Shown here: one piece after another, positions 1 to 14,087 of the stretch | Layout: the number at the start of each line of letters is the position of its first letter | How positions within the stretch are numbered: the first letter of the stretch is position 1 | From: Camelus dromedarius | Taxonomy: Eukaryota | Direction of reading: 5' to 3' | DNA length: 64,000 nt | NCBI RefSeq assembly: GCF_036321535.1 | Contig: NC_087436.1 | Coordinates: 8,804,001-8,868,000 of the forward strand | Notes under the pieces: model-generated | Told to the model about the DNA's origin: nothing | Database searches by the model: none | What the model saw: only the letters and a program-made list of their open reading frames with translations | Position numbers and translations under genes: made by a program

Positions 1-2643
1 TTTACTTGCTGTTGAAATTAGTTACTAAAATTTTTGCTTTAAGAAGAAAGAATAATTAAGTCAAAACTCTTTGAAATTCCTATGGAAGACACTAGAAACC
101 CACTGGTTTGCATTTAGGAACCATTAATACCAACAAATCATATACACACTATCGTCTATAGTGACATGGAAAAAACTCTGAAACTTTAAATGGTTAAAAA
201 CTAGGCTGTTTATGTTGAGTCAGGAAGTGGAGGTCCAAGCCCCACGTGCCAGGTTTTTCCTCCCTCCCTGTGAACCAGCTCTGAGCATTACCTTTACCGC
301 AAAGTCCCTCAGAATCACATTTTGAAGACTATGACCTCAGGGACTAGAACTCAGATATATTTATTTTTCTAAATAAACTGAAAGAAAAAAAAAAACCACT
401 ATCCCATGGGGACAAGCTTATCTTTGGAATAAAGCTACTTAATAGAAAATATTCAAATTTTCCTTTGGTAAAGATTATACAAAATACAGTGAATTTTTAA
501 ACAGTTTGCAAAGAGATAGTCTAAAGGAGAATAATCAGGTATCAGTACACTGGTGAGCTAGAGGTCAAAGTAATTGAATTTGTAAAAAGGCACAAAGGAT
601 ATCTGGCGAATTAAATTATAATTAGACTGTGATAACATCTTATACATAATATGGATGCAAATACAAATGAAAAAAAAATCCTTTGAGATGTTCTTTTTCT
701 TTCATTTCTCTGGAATAAAATGCTGAGCGTCTACTGTCTTGCCTTAAGACATCATGTGGGTGTCTGGAATTCATTCCCAGAAATGTTAATATTACTTTAT
801 TTTCATCCTCTCACTGATGTGAAAACACATCTGGGAAATTAAATGCAAATGCAAACACTTCCTTCGCAAAATGCTCTCCACCCTTGTAAACATCTCCTTT
901 ATCTATTTGTTTTAATGATGAATCCTATTCAACATTTTGTCATTATTAATTAACGACACGGATTTCATTCAAAATGAAAAAGCCAGGTCATCTAAGTCTG
1001 TCTGGAATGTTGCTTTCCAGGCTCTTCTTGGCTATAAAATTATTGAAATTCAAATAATTGTCTCTCCTACTCTACAGATGAATCTCATTTGACGTTCAGC
1101 TCGCATTTCATAGATCTCCTTTTAGTTCACTTATTTTAGGTGATTTTCCTTACCGGTATTTCCAGTACCTTTAAATAGTCTGATGTATGTAAATTGCAGT
1201 GATGTATTTCCCTATAACGACACTGTTGCTCTATATACAGGCAGAGCTAACCCTGTGGCACTTAACTAGCTACATCCTCCATCTAGACAATTTCCATTTT
1301 AATCATTCTCCCAGCCTTTATTCACTTGGATATATTGAATTATATTCTTAGCCAAACTACTTTTTAAATGGCAGACTTCATAAGGCATGATTGATTAGCT
1401 TTTCAAGCTAAATACACTAAATGTCACGAGAAGGGAATCGTGGAGACCTGTTAATCCTTTTGGGTCACCGGAATGCCTCACAGGCTTCTGGGCCCTGGAT
1501 AGCTATTGTTAAAGCGTATCTTTATTAAAAATACTCAGAGCTATATATATCCTTTTATAAGTGTCACCCTTACATTTACAGAGAATCAGCTACATTGCTT
1601 TCTAGAGAATACAGATTACAAGAACAGAAATCTGTTAAGGCCAAGGCATCCAAAAGGCCAGCCAGAAAGTGCATTTCTGAAATAAAAATGCATCTTTAGA
1701 ATTAATGGGCACATTTAAGGCATATTTTCCCCTGCTGAAATGCTATTTGTAAAGAAATGAGAAAATTGAAAGATTTGTAGCTAGAAACATTTGATTAGCA
1801 GCCCTGTCTGTCCACCAAATATGTGAAGATAAAACTAAGCCAAACTTCGACTGATAAGCAATTTATTGGCAGAGGATAGATTATTCACTAGATATAAAAC
1901 TGATGGCGTTTGAGAGTGGACCATTTATCTTTTTTGTTTGTTTCTTTGTTTGTTTTAATAAAAGAGGCAATTGATTTCCTTCCCTCTCTCTGTCCTCCAA
2001 GAATCTGCACCCAACAGAATATTAGGTAGGGTGCAACGTCCTAAATATTGAAACTTTTCTCCCCTTTGCTCTCATCTTTCTATATCCGTTTCTGAAATGT
2101 ATATTTAAAAGACAACAACTGGGACTTTAGGGAGAGGAGTATTAAAGGTGCACTGAATCCTAAGAGAAGGAATGGTTTAAAAAAGCTACTGATGCCTGGC
2201 AAACTCAGATTTGGGCTTAGAGGTGTGACCATCAATATACACACCTATTTCTCTGAAAGTGGACATTAAACCACCACTCAGTACCCGCTTCACAGGACAG
2301 ATGTCTGAATTATGAAGAGTATGGTGAGGAACAGAACCAACAAGAAAACAAACCAGCACTGGATTTTGAAAATGGTTCATAATCAGAGCTATGATATCCA
2401 AGACGAGGAAACATACATTTCAAACTATTTCTACAGGAGAAAAAAAAATGTTACAGTTTAGGTGGTTAGTGAAATTCAAAATGACATTAAATCTGTGAAG
2501 GACAATTGGAGGCTGTAAGAAGTAGAAGGTATTTTTGAAAGGATATAAAGTTGAAATAAAAGTAATACTAAATGAGATTCAAAAGAATGGGCTCTTGGAA
2601 AGAAGGGATCACAAAGAAAATAGTATTAGCAGGATTAAAAACT

Positions 2644-2825
2644 AGCTGATCCTTGAACAACTCGGGTTTGCACTCTGCGGGTCGACTTGGAGGAGGATAT
2701 TTTTCAATCGTAAATTCTACACATGCCATGGTTGGTTGAATCCTCAGATGCAGAGGGACTGTGGATACCATTCAGGTACCAACTATAAATGATACTCAGA
2801 TTAACCCCTGCGTTGTGCCAGCTGT
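2644..2825 (+). mobile_element. MER8-like TcMar-Tigger MITE relic
   Basis: agctgatccttgaacaactcgggtttgcactctgcgggtc...ggttggttgaatcc...taacccctgcgttg...cagctgta resembles the recalled MER8 consensus. Confidence 0.7.
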
Positions 2826-3039
2826 ACAGTCAATGCAATAAGAGCAGACTGGGTAATACAAATATCAAATGAGTGATGTTGAGAAAAAGTTTGAGAAATT
2901 TTTTGTATGTAGGAAAAATAAAATGTAAATGAAGAGAGGTGACAGATAAGGACAGAGAGCAGGCCGCACAAATATGATTCATGATGCCAGAATGATCAAA
3001 TGAATATTGTCAGTAAATAATGCATTTTTCTTGAAGAAT

Positions 3040-5030
3040 GGCTATTTATTCTATTTTAATACAATTTTTAAAAGGCTACTTTCCATTTATAGTTATCACA
3101 AAACATTGGCTGTATTCCTTGTGTTGTATAAGACATCCTTTAGCCTATCTTACACCCAATAGTTTGTGCCTCCCACTCTCTGATCCCAATATTGCCCATC
3201 CCCCCACCACTGGCAACCATTAATTTGTTCTTTATCTGTGAGTCTGCTTTTTTTTGTTATATTCACTAGTTCCTTGTATTTTTTTAGATCCCACATGTAA
3301 GTCATATTATACAGTACTTGTCATTCTCTGATTTATTTCACTAAGAATAATGCCCTCCAAGTCCATCCATGTTGCTGCAAATGGCATTGTTTCATTCCTT
3401 CTTTATGGCTGAGTAGTATTCCATTTTATAGATGGATAGATAGATAGATATATAGATAGATAGATAGTCTTTATCCATTTATCATCTTTATTCAGTCATT
3501 TGTTATTGGACACTTAGGTGCTTCCATATCTTGGCAATTGTAAATAGTGTTGCTATGAATATTAGTGTGCTTGTATCTCATTGAATTAGTGTTTTTGTTC
3601 TTGTTTCAGGTGTATACCTATGAGTGGAATTGCTGGGTCATATAGTAGCTCTACGTTTAGTTTTTTTGAGAAATCTCAATACTGCTTTCCACAGTGGCTG
3701 CACCAATTTATATTCCCACCAACAGCGTACGAGGATTCCTTTTTTCCCCACCTCCTTTCCAACATTTGTTACTTGTATTCCTTTTTGATGATAATCATTC
3801 TGACAGGTGTGAGATGATATCTCATTGTGGTTTTGATTTGCATTTCCCTGATAATTAGCAATGCTGAACATCTTTTCATGTTCCTGTTGGCCATCTGCAT
3901 GTTCTCCTTGGAAAAATGTCTATTCAGTTCTCCAGTCTATTTTTTAATTTTTTTTTTTTTGACGTTGAGTTGTTTGAACTATTTACATATGTTGAATACT
4001 AATCCTTGTCAGCTGCATCACTTGCAGACATTTTCTCCCATTCTGTATGTTGTATTTTTGTTTTGCTTGTGGTTTCCTTTGCGGTATAAAAGCTTTTAAG
4101 TTTAATTAGGTCCCATTTATTTATTTTTGCTTTTATTTCCTTTGCTTTAGGAGATGAATCCAAAAAAAAAAAATTGCTATTATTTACATCAAAGAGTGTT
4201 CTATGTTTTTCTCTAGGAATTTTAGAGTATCCAGTCTTACATTTAGATCTTTAACCCATTTTGACTTTATTTTTGTATATAGTGTTAGAGCATGTTCTCA
4301 TTTCATTCTTTTACATGAACCTGTCCAGTTTTCCCAAGAGCACTTATTCAAGAGACTGTCTTTTCTCCATTGTACATTCTTGGATCTTTTTTTCATGGAT
4401 TAATTGACCATAAGTGTGTGTGTTTATTTCTGGGCTCTCTATTCTGTTCCATTCATCTATATGTCTGTTTTTGTGCCAGTATCATACTGTTTTGATGACT
4501 GTAGCTTTGTTATATAGTCTGAAGTCAGGAAGCATTATTACTCCTCTGTTCTTCTTTTTCAAAACTCTTTTGGCTATTTGGGGTCTTTATGTTTCCATAT
4601 AAATTTTATAATTATTTGTTCTAGTTTTGTGAAAAATGCCATTAGTATTTTGATAAGGATTGCATTGAATCTGTAGATTACTCTGGGTAATATGGTCATT
4701 TTAACAATACTGATTTTTCCTACCCAAGAACATGGTAAATGTTTCCATCTGTTTGTGTCATCTTTAATTTTTTCATCAGTGTCTTAGAGTTTTCAGAGTA
4801 CAGGTCTTTTGCCTCCTTAGGTGGCAAAAATTCCTAGGTATTTTATTCTTTTTGATGTTATGGTAAATGGGATTGTTTCTTTGACTTCTCTTTCTGAAGC
4901 TTTATTGTTAGGATATAGAAATGCAACTGATTTCTGTACATGAATTTTGTATCCTGCAAATTTACCAAATTCCTTGATAAACTCTAGTAGTTATCTGGTG
5001 GCATCATTAGGATTTCCTATGTATAGTATA
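3040..5030 (-). mobile_element. 5'-truncated L1 (ORF2 3' part plus 3' UTR), cetartiodactyl type
   Basis: Typical antisense L1 sequence (gtccatccatgttgctgcaaatggc; gatatctcattgtggttttgatttgcatttccctg). ORF 3638-3871 gives an L1-like peptide. Possible degenerate TSD ataatgca(t/a)tttt at about 3017 and 5028. Confidence 0.92.
3428..3466. repeat. Imperfect (GATA)n microsatellite inside the L1 3' UTR
   Basis: atagatggatagatagatagatatatagatagatagatag. Confidence 0.85.
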
Positions 5031-6179
5031 ATGCAATTTTTAATAGGAATAACAACTATTTTTTGGAGCTGAAAAATTATCTATATACATAAAGAAAGTT
5101 CATTACATTTTAGACAAAATAAATGGAAAAGTTAGTGAAAAGATATTCACATACAATATAGACAAAACATGCAAACATATATGTATGTGTGTAAACACAT
5201 ACACACACATATATATAAAGGAATAAAAGCTTACATTATTTTAAAGGTTTTTTCTGGAATATAAAATGTTAAAAGACATTGTAAAATATACAGACCATGC
5301 TTGTGACATAAAATTTTGTATCTATACATGTTTGTTTGCTTGCTTTAGTTTCTGTCTGAAAACAATAAAAAGACAATTACACATACATCTTTCTTAAGAA
5401 AAGTTACTAATTGCATATCCTATCTTTAACACATTCTTGAGTTATAGTCTGGGTAAGTGTCAGGAATCAAAATTAAATTCTCAGCATTTTGGCAAAAGGA
5501 TATAAACATTTTTAAAGAGGTTGATACATAAGACAATATGAAAATCTCTACAATATAATTAATAGAAAAAGCAAAATTTATACCCACGAATATCATATTC
5601 TAATATGCCTGTGCTTATTTAGAAAACTCTAGAAATTCACTTAAGTGGATCGTGAAATAGATTCCTCCAGGAAGGTGAATTGTTTTGGGGAAAAGGGAAA
5701 GGGCAAAACTGTTCTGTGCCATTAAGTCTATAAATTCTTCAAAATTATTTATTTCATACCATGTGTATACAGCAACTACTTAAAAAAAACTCAAGAGCAA
5801 AAAGAAAATCCAAGTTTGCAGGTATCACAATAGTTCGACTGACTTTGAGCATTGTAAAAGTTAAATAATAGCAAATCTAAATCTAGAATTAAAAATTGTT
5901 AGTATATAAAAAGTTACTTGAAAGGGAAAATAGAATATATAAATAAAATATATGAAAATATTACCTAATACATAATTAATATATAAACATATTTTTTGAA
6001 AAAGACATTATCTTCATAAGATTCAGTGACAGCAAGCATTGAGAGGAATGTAATTCGGCTCATCTGTGAAAAGACAAACTTCATGATTCGAATAAAATTT
6101 TGAAAAGTCAATACTTCAGTCCTTGGAGGCATTTGAATATTCAAGGAGAAAGATTCCCTAAATCATGGGAATAATGATA

Positions 6180-6395
6180 ATAGTGATTGTGTGTACCGGG
6201 TAATGTTCTAAGCACTTTCTATGCACTTGATATATATTAACTCATTTAATTTCCATTACCACCCCACTTCATAGCTGAGAAAAAAGGAGCCCAAACTGGT
6301 TAAGTAATCCACCCAAAGTAAAAAAGTGAGTCGTAGGGTCAAGGACGCACACACAGGCTATCTGGTTCGACCGTGTGCTAAACTACTCTGCTTCT
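6180..6395 (-). mobile_element. MIR SINE relic
   Basis: gttctaagcacttt...attaactcatttaat...ggttaagtaatccacccaaagt, the MIR core. Confidence 0.65.
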
Positions 6396-6991
6396 ATAAT
6401 GGATTCAAACTAAAAAAAACTATTTGGTGACATGGACGATTTTGATGTGATGACTACTGAAAAAATTAAACTCAAATAATCTGAGCCCAGTTCTGAAAAA
6501 ATAACTAAATGTATATATACTATGCCCACAAAAATAAGCTAGAAGAAAATATGAACAGAAGTTTTAACTCTACTGCTGTCACCAATGATTGTTACTAAAA
6601 ACATCATATTTTATAAAGACTGAAATATACTGTCATTCTTTTCATTATCATAAACATGAAAAGTACATTAGTTACACATAAATAGTTAGCTAATTTATGA
6701 AGTAACTATATAGATAAAACAGTTCATCTGGGAGCTGATATCCTCGAAAGGCTACCAATGAAGGAAGTTATTACAACTAAGAAATTCTGACCTATCAAAA
6801 GTCAATCAACGCTCTGGCAAGAAATCAAAACACAGAAAGAAAAGATTTTCAGTAATTTTTATTGTGTCTGTGTCTGGATGAAGAAAAGCATTAAAGTACA
6901 ATGAAAGTATAATTAATCTTTTGCATCATATGTACAAGATTTTTTAGTTTAAAAACTAAAGAGAAATGAAATGTTTTCAAGAGATATTCTC

Positions 6992-7094
6992 GGGGAGGGT
7001 ATAGCTTGCTGGTAAAGCACATGCTTAGAATGCATGAGGTTCTGTGTTCAATCCCCAGTACCTCCAATTAAAAATAAACACATAAATTTAAAAA
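6992..7094 (+). mobile_element. Vic-1-type camelid tRNA-derived SINE
   Basis: GGGGAGGGTATAGCT head, B-box GTTCAATCCC, A-rich tail. TSD agatattct at 6982-6990 and 7095-7103. Confidence 0.9.
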
Positions 7095-7930
7095 AGATAT
7101 TCTGATTGTCAGAGACATTGCCTGCCTATAATGATGTTGAACAAGGAAGCAAATATAATGCTACTGTACTGAATCAAATGTGAAATTTATAGTGACTGAG
7201 GGTTTATCCTGGTGAGAGAGCCTGCTTTTGCTGAATTTATAAACAGTGTTTGACAACTGCTTTCTTTATTTACATCATAAGACTATATTTTGACATAATC
7301 ATGGTCTTCAGTTATTTTTTGTCTCAATAAATTTTCAAATAATTTGAATTATTGTTCATTTTTCACACATAGGGAGTCAAAATTAGAGAAAGAGAGATGA
7401 TGTGCGAACGTATCTGCTCCTAATTTAAATTCAGCCAGAATCAGATTGAGTCCTAGCCCCAGGTAGACATGTGTGATTCTGCTTCAGTAGTTTTGTAAGG
7501 GAGTTTTGAACAAAGAAAGGCTGGCCAATTTGCGAAATACCATTTCACCTTATTCATTTTACTGAATGATCAACCTGTTAAACTGCTGAACAGTTTTCTC
7601 AGCGTTTTCATTTGGTCCCAGACAGCTCTGTCCCTGACTCGGACCCCACAGCTTTCCATGAAATCAAGTGGAATTTTTCTCTAATCAAATACGTTGTCTG
7701 CTGTGTGTAGACAGTATGTGCATTTCCCCCTCATGCCCCTCCCGCTGCCCACCACGGCGTTGGCCTCCCCTGGTCATTACAGTTTCAGCAGAGAAGCAAG
7801 TAGAAACAAATGATGAGAAGGTTTTCTGAAAAAGGTGATGTCTTCATTTTGCAAAACTTGAACTAAAGAAAGGAGATGAAGAAGTGTCCAAGGAAAAGAG
7901 AGTAGCTTTTTTATAATTGTGGTTAAAAGA

Positions 7931-8380
7931 GGGGAGGGTACAGCTTAGTGGTAAAGTGCATGCTTAGCATGCATAAGGTCCTGCGTTCAATCCTCAGTAC
8001 CTCCATTCAAATATAATAATCATGGGGGTGGGAAGGGATAAACTGGGAGTTTGAAATTTTCAGATACTAACTACTATATGTGCAACAGATAAACAACGCA
8101 TTTCTACTGTACAGCACAGGGAACTATATTCAATATCTTGTAGTAACCTAATAATGGAAAAGAACATGAAAACAAATATATATATGTGTATGCATGACTG
8201 AAACATAATGCTCTACACCAGAAATTGCCACAACATTGTAAACAGCCTATACTTCAATTAAAAAACCTTAATTACCTCCCTCCCTCCAAAACAAAACATG
8301 ATAATAAAATAAATGAATGAATTACCTCCTCTCCCCCCAAATTTTTAATAAATAATAATTTTTAAAAATAACTAAAATAA
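7931..8380 (+). mobile_element. Vic-1-type SINE interrupted by an L1 3' end
   Basis: Head at 7931-8005. The SINE tail motif taattacctccc resumes at about 8268, after the L1 piece. Confidence 0.85.
8024..8265 (+). mobile_element. L1 3' UTR terminal fragment nested in the SINE
   Basis: gggaagggataaactgggagtttg...ctactgtacagcacagggaactatattcaatatcttgtagtaacc...tatacttcaattaaaaaa. Confidence 0.88.
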
Positions 8381-9564
8381 AACCATGGTTTAAAACAATG
8401 CAAGGCAAGTTCCATGCGTGTTGAGTCAAAAATTTATGAGGATGGAAAGTGAAAGAAATAGGAAACAGGACAGCAATTAGAATTATGCACGAAGGGGAAG
8501 CAGGGAACAGATCCTCAGAAGCCCAGCTTGATCCCCAAAGTCAGAGAGAGCCATGGAGACACCTACAGCAAGACAGCAACAATTTCCAAATTTAGAAATA
8601 TCACCTTGTGAAAAATCAGAAATTAAGTGGAGGATTTTTGAAACAGAAATATTAATTAGGAGACTCACGATAATCTAGGCAATCAAAGCTGAAGGATGAA
8701 ACAATTAGTACAAATGTGGATGAGAAGGGTATTTTTTGAGCGATATTTGGTTAAATAGAATTGTCCCATTGATAACGAATTGTCTGTTTAGGGCAGGGGA
8801 AGAATGCGCTAAGTGTAAACATCTAAGCTTGGACAATTGGTGCTTACCTCATAGAGGAAATCCCGGAGTGACCATAGCTTGGATGGGGTGATGAAAATGT
8901 GGGCGTCTTTTGAATTTAAGATGCCATTCGTGGGAGCATATAAGTTAATTTATCAAACTCTGTGCATGTGGATTTGTTTGGATTTGAGCTCAGAAAAAAG
9001 AGGGAGATAAGGATTGGGACATGCTCAATATAACTGAAGGCGTCTATCACGCAGGACTCATGTATCAGTATAAGAAAGAGTAACGGGTACTAGTAGAGAA
9101 AGGAAGAGAAATGGAGGTACACAGTGGAGCCTGGGAAGAAGAATCAGATAATTCTAACCATCTGTGCACTTTATTCTTTTCTGTTTCAAATAATTTATTG
9201 GAAATGGCATTTGTAACAGTCTATTACATATATGAATATACATAATACTTTCTCTGTCTTCCTCTTGTTCCTCTTCCTGGTTAATAATTGTGGAGAGGGA
9301 AGGTTTGACCAGAAGAGAACTTCAAGGCACTGAAATCCTTCCACCACTAGGAAAGAAAACTGTTCATGCTTCCTGCGAATATATCTCCTGTCCTTCTAGG
9401 ATTTAGCTGCATGACTGCTTAGATTCCTACCATGACATACTACATATTAATCTCCATCGTGTGTCACACAGGAATGAGAAGGGTACCTCATTGTAATAAT
9501 GCCCAGGGCAATATTAAAAAGACAAACCCTAAAACCTAGTAGACTATCACTGGAAGTTACCAGA

Positions 9565-9638
9565 CCCTGGTAACCATAAGTGTGTTTTCTATGTCTGTGA
9601 GTCTGTTTCTGCTTTGTAAAGAAGTCCATTTGTGTCTT
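9565..9638 (-). mobile_element. Short internal L1 3' UTR fragment
   Basis: ccctggtaaccataagtgtgttttctatgtctgtgagtctgtttctg is near the reverse complement of the L1 segment at about 17820-17885. Confidence 0.8.
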
Positions 9639-10956
9639 CCATGGTTTACTTTAAATAACCCTGGACCCCGCTGTCCCCTTTGAAGTTGTCCTTTAATATC
9701 CTGTGAAGGTGTGTGGCCATAACACCAAAGTCTGTTTATAAAATTTCAGTTGAAGAAAGTTTTAGTGTCCACTGGATCCCATCCTCTCTATTTTTATAAG
9801 CTCCCCTCAATAACTCTCTTAAAATGAATGTTTTATTGTCCTCTACCCATCACTTTCCTGGAGGTGAATGTTGAGAAGTGTGGGGCCAAGAGGCAGAGAC
9901 AGTTGAGAATAGTTTATGATGCTAAGCGTGTCAGATTTTCAGCTCCGTGGGTTTTAAACACACACTTCTGAATGACTCTGCCCTCAGACCTGATCTTTCT
10001 AGCCCAGCAGTCTTTAAAAAGCTAGCAATTACCACTTCATCATGTTCAGTGATATGTGATTTGTCTCCTTTTTCATCTTGTCAGTGATTTAAAAATTTGA
10101 AAGGAAGAACAAAAATAGATATTTTAAGCAAAGCAATTCTGAATTATAAGAATGTTTTGAACGATATAGAAGCAATGGTTTCCTTCCAACTTGAAATTAA
10201 AGCAAACAAAATCTTACTCTTCTATGTGTAACTATTCATTTATTTCCACAGGCATTTATACTGAAGTTGGGGGACAGTGGTTGGCCAGTGATTAAAACTG
10301 CCTTCCAAGGAATTACAGGTCCAGGAGATGCAGTGATGGAGGGGGTCTCGAATGATCTGCATCACGCAGAGGCTTCAGAGAAAGTGGCGATGGGCTCCTG
10401 TGTGACCTGCCAGTAACACGATAGTCACCTCTCCCTATATGTAGATGTAAAACTGGTATTTTATTTTTTCATATATTCCTTTTGCACGAGAAATTAGGAG
10501 TATTTTCAGCTGAGAATGTTCTAAATCAGCATTGGTTGGAATTGTGTTGTGTGAGTGCCTGCATTGTCCTATTGTGTGTATATGAGCTCTATTCTGCTTT
10601 TGCAAGATGAATGCTTTTGTTATTTGATGTCAATCTTCTTCATGACTGTAAATAAGATTCATGCCAATCTTATTCAGTTTCTGTGTTTTGTGGCTTCAAT
10701 TCTTTTCTTGTGTTTGCACATATTGAATTATACAACAGAGGAGCTTTGTATGAGGCTAATATTCCTTTGAGAATTATAATGGATCCATATTCTATTGGAA
10801 ACTTTGGTTCTAGAATACAGTGTCAAAGGAATTATAAATGAGTTGCTTTGAGACTTTTCCAGGTATGTAATACTTTTCTGAACCCATTTACAGCAAATGA
10901 GAAATAGGAAATATTAAGCATATAAATCTAAAATATTTGCTTTTTTTTTTTTTCTA

Positions 10957-11236
10957 GAACTCACGGACATAGAAAACAAACTATGGTTACCAAAGGGGAA
11001 AGGGCAGGGAAAGATAAATTAGGGGTTAGAGATTAAACAGATACACATTACTATATATAAAATAGATAAACAACAAGGACCTACTGTATAGCACAGGGAA
11101 TTATATTCAATTTCCTGTAGCAACATAAAATAGAGAAGACTCTGAAAAGAAAATATATATGTGTAACTGAACCGCTTTGCTGTGTACCTGAAACTAACAA
11201 TTATAAATCAACTCTACTTCAATAAAAAATTAAAAA
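10957..11236 (+). mobile_element. L1 3' UTR terminal fragment
   Basis: ctcacggacatagaaaacaaactatggttaccaaagggg...gacctactgtatagcacagggaa...acttcaataaaaaa. Confidence 0.88.
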
Positions 11237-11909
11237 CTATGAAACAGTTTCTTATAGGGGATATTTTCCATTTTATTTCTGTTTTATTTGTTTAATACAA
11301 CCTCACTTCTTTATTTAAAATTCATTCTAGTTTTCTTTAAATATATTTAAATTAACTTTTTGTAAAGAATATACTTCAAAAATCAAGATTTTCCTACCCT
11401 GGGATCCTTAATAAATGACCTCAATCAACTCTTCATATGAAAACTTAGTACAGAAAGTTTGCTGCTCTCCAAATCATCTTCAATTGTTAACCTTCTATGT
11501 CCCCTTTGGGCCAGATTCTCACAAGTCTAACCCTTCCTCTGAAATGATGGATTCGGCTCATTAGCCAGAATACTGGGCCTACTGTCCATACATTTTGATT
11601 CAACACTAATTTTCATTTTCTTGCTTGCACTTGACTGTAGCAGCCGCAGAGATTTGGAAGGATTTCAGATTTGAAGCTGAACATTGTACTACTAGGAGTT
11701 TTATGCTAGGTAAGTGAAAATTATTGATGAAAACACTATGACTCTCATTTCAAAACAGAAGAAATGGAACTTGGGAGGATATAAGTATCTATTGCAAAGC
11801 AAACAAATAAGGAAAAACCAAGCCAAAAAACTACTAGTTTCCAAGTGAAAGGAAAAAATATAAATATGTAAATATACACGTATTAATTTTAAGATCATCT
11901 ATTATTTTA

Positions 11910-12072
11910 TGAGTTATTTTTTGAGCAGTTTTATGTTCACAGCAAAGCTAAGAGGAAGGTACAGAGATTTCCCATAAACCCCCTGCCCTGCACATGCACA
12001 GCCCTCTCTGTTATCCACATTCCACATCAGATGGTACCTCTGCAACAACTGATGAGCCCCGCTGACACATTG
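11910..12072 (-). mobile_element. Old L1 (L1MB/L1MC-type) 3' end fragment
   Basis: ttttgagcagttttatgttcacagcaaagctaagaggaaggtacagagatttcccata. Confidence 0.75.
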
Positions 12073-14033
12073 TTTTCCATCTGTTCACTAATCCACATTG
12101 TAAATTCAATGGGAAAATACAAACAGATCTTTGAAAATTAAATAATGTTATTGTAAATTCATTTTAATGGATGAGAAATATAATTTTTTCTTTTAAGCAT
12201 TATAAACTATATGAGCACTTTCATAAAGGTATATTTTATGAGTTTGAGGATTTATGAGATTTCCATCCAACAAAAGAGGTAAAATTTAGGTGCCAATAAC
12301 ATAAAGTTATTTAAAGTTCCTTTTACAATGACAGTAGAACATTTCTAAGCAGTTTCATTTTTTTATCATTTACCATAGAAATAGATAAAAGATATGTCAT
12401 CTTGAAACAACATTTTAGTATCAAAGGAAAGCTGTAATCAAGTTTCAGTGAAATAATGACTTCTGAAACATTGGACAAGTTCTCTTTTCTATCTGGACTT
12501 CGTTTTCCATTCTATTTAAATATAGGTATTCAAGTAAATAAATTTTGATTCAAATTTTTTTGTGATCTTTGATTATCCTGACAGATTATGGATATCTACT
12601 AACTTTTTGAAATGTGCTTTACTGAAAAATAAAATAGGGTAACCATGTGTATCTCAAATCAATGTGGATGTTTCAATATCTACCAACTAAATTTCCTTTT
12701 GTTCTATGAGAAAATAAAATATTTTTGCTTAGTAAGTTGTCAGTCTTACAAATTAAATTTAGAAGAGGTTTTCCTTTTATCCTCATCTGCTTCTTCCAAG
12801 ATCAGTAAGCTGAGCTGTAATTGAATCTGTTCATGCCACACAATTTTTAGTCAGGAACATTTCCTATTTGATTCAGAAATTAAAATTTGTGTAGTATAAA
12901 TAGTACTTTTACTTGTTGTTAATGTAGGGATGGGTTCAATGGTAATGGTCAAAAGGAAACTTTTAAATTACTGGTCACTGAATATATTTAATAAGAGATT
13001 GTAGCTTGTGTTTGCATTTAATTAAATGTACAAACATTAAATGCCTGTAGATGTACTGTATAATTTGGAACAAAGTAAAAATTTATATTGTATATTCATT
13101 TTTATAAAGAAGATGGGTCAAATTTTTTATTTGTTTCTCTTTTTAAAACTCTATTTTCTAATGGAATAGTTTAATCTAGGCTTAACTTCAACTCCCCCCA
13201 AAAGTAAGGAAAAAATAAAAACAGCATAATTTGAGAGATTATTTATCAGTCTTTCTACTTCTGTATTCAGGAAACATAAAAACTAGATTTCCACAGTTAT
13301 GAGAATAGGATTCTCTCAGTAAACTTAATATTTGAGGGTATGTGACTCTTTTTAAATGAAATTTAACATATTTAAACTCTCAAAAAGCAATCATATCAAT
13401 TTTATAACAGTATACCTGATTACAGCATGCCATTTGCTTATAGTTACCCAAATAAACATGTTTAATGCTGTAAGAATCTTCAGAAAATAGTCTACTAGTG
13501 TCTTCTAGCTAACTGTTTTACTACCATTTTGTCTTAGTAAAAACATACATTACGAAAAATTTTCTTGCTTAAGAAGAAGTAATATTATTACACAAATTGA
13601 CTATGCAGATAAAATGGAACTCCCCAAATAGTTCTTTATTTAATGGAATCAGTCTACCACTTAACAAGCAGTTGTGCTTTTATTAATGCTAACATATTTT
13701 GTAGTACATAAAAAACCCATCTATTTCATTCCCTGCCTAGACCTTATTGATGATAATTTAGTATTGGAAAATGGAATGGAAATAAAAAAGTGACCTCATA
13801 TACTCCTCCTGGGAGACAAGTAAAGGGAATAATAATGATCATGACAAGGAAATTTCCATTCTTCTCTAGTATGTTGCCAAGAAACAGTAATTACAAGAAT
13901 TTTGGGTTTTTCCCCCCTATTTCTACAGAGCCATGGGAGGGTGTGCCTAATCTGAACAGGGTTGTGAGAGAATTTGTGCTGCAAATTAGATCTTGGCAGG
14001 AATGTCTGTGGATATAGGAGCCTACTGGTATCT

Positions 14034-14034
<1 letters not shown>

Positions 14035-14086
<52 letters not shown>
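14035..14086. repeat. (GT)n microsatellite, about 26 units
   Basis: Uninterrupted GT run. Confidence 0.97.

Positions 14087-14087
<1 letters not shown>

Noticed and set aside
6992..7066. tRNA genes at the SINE heads (also 7931, 25526, 35844, 37506)
   Set aside because: They are diverged tRNA-like heads with A-rich tails and TSDs, which marks them as SINE copies rather than tRNA genes.
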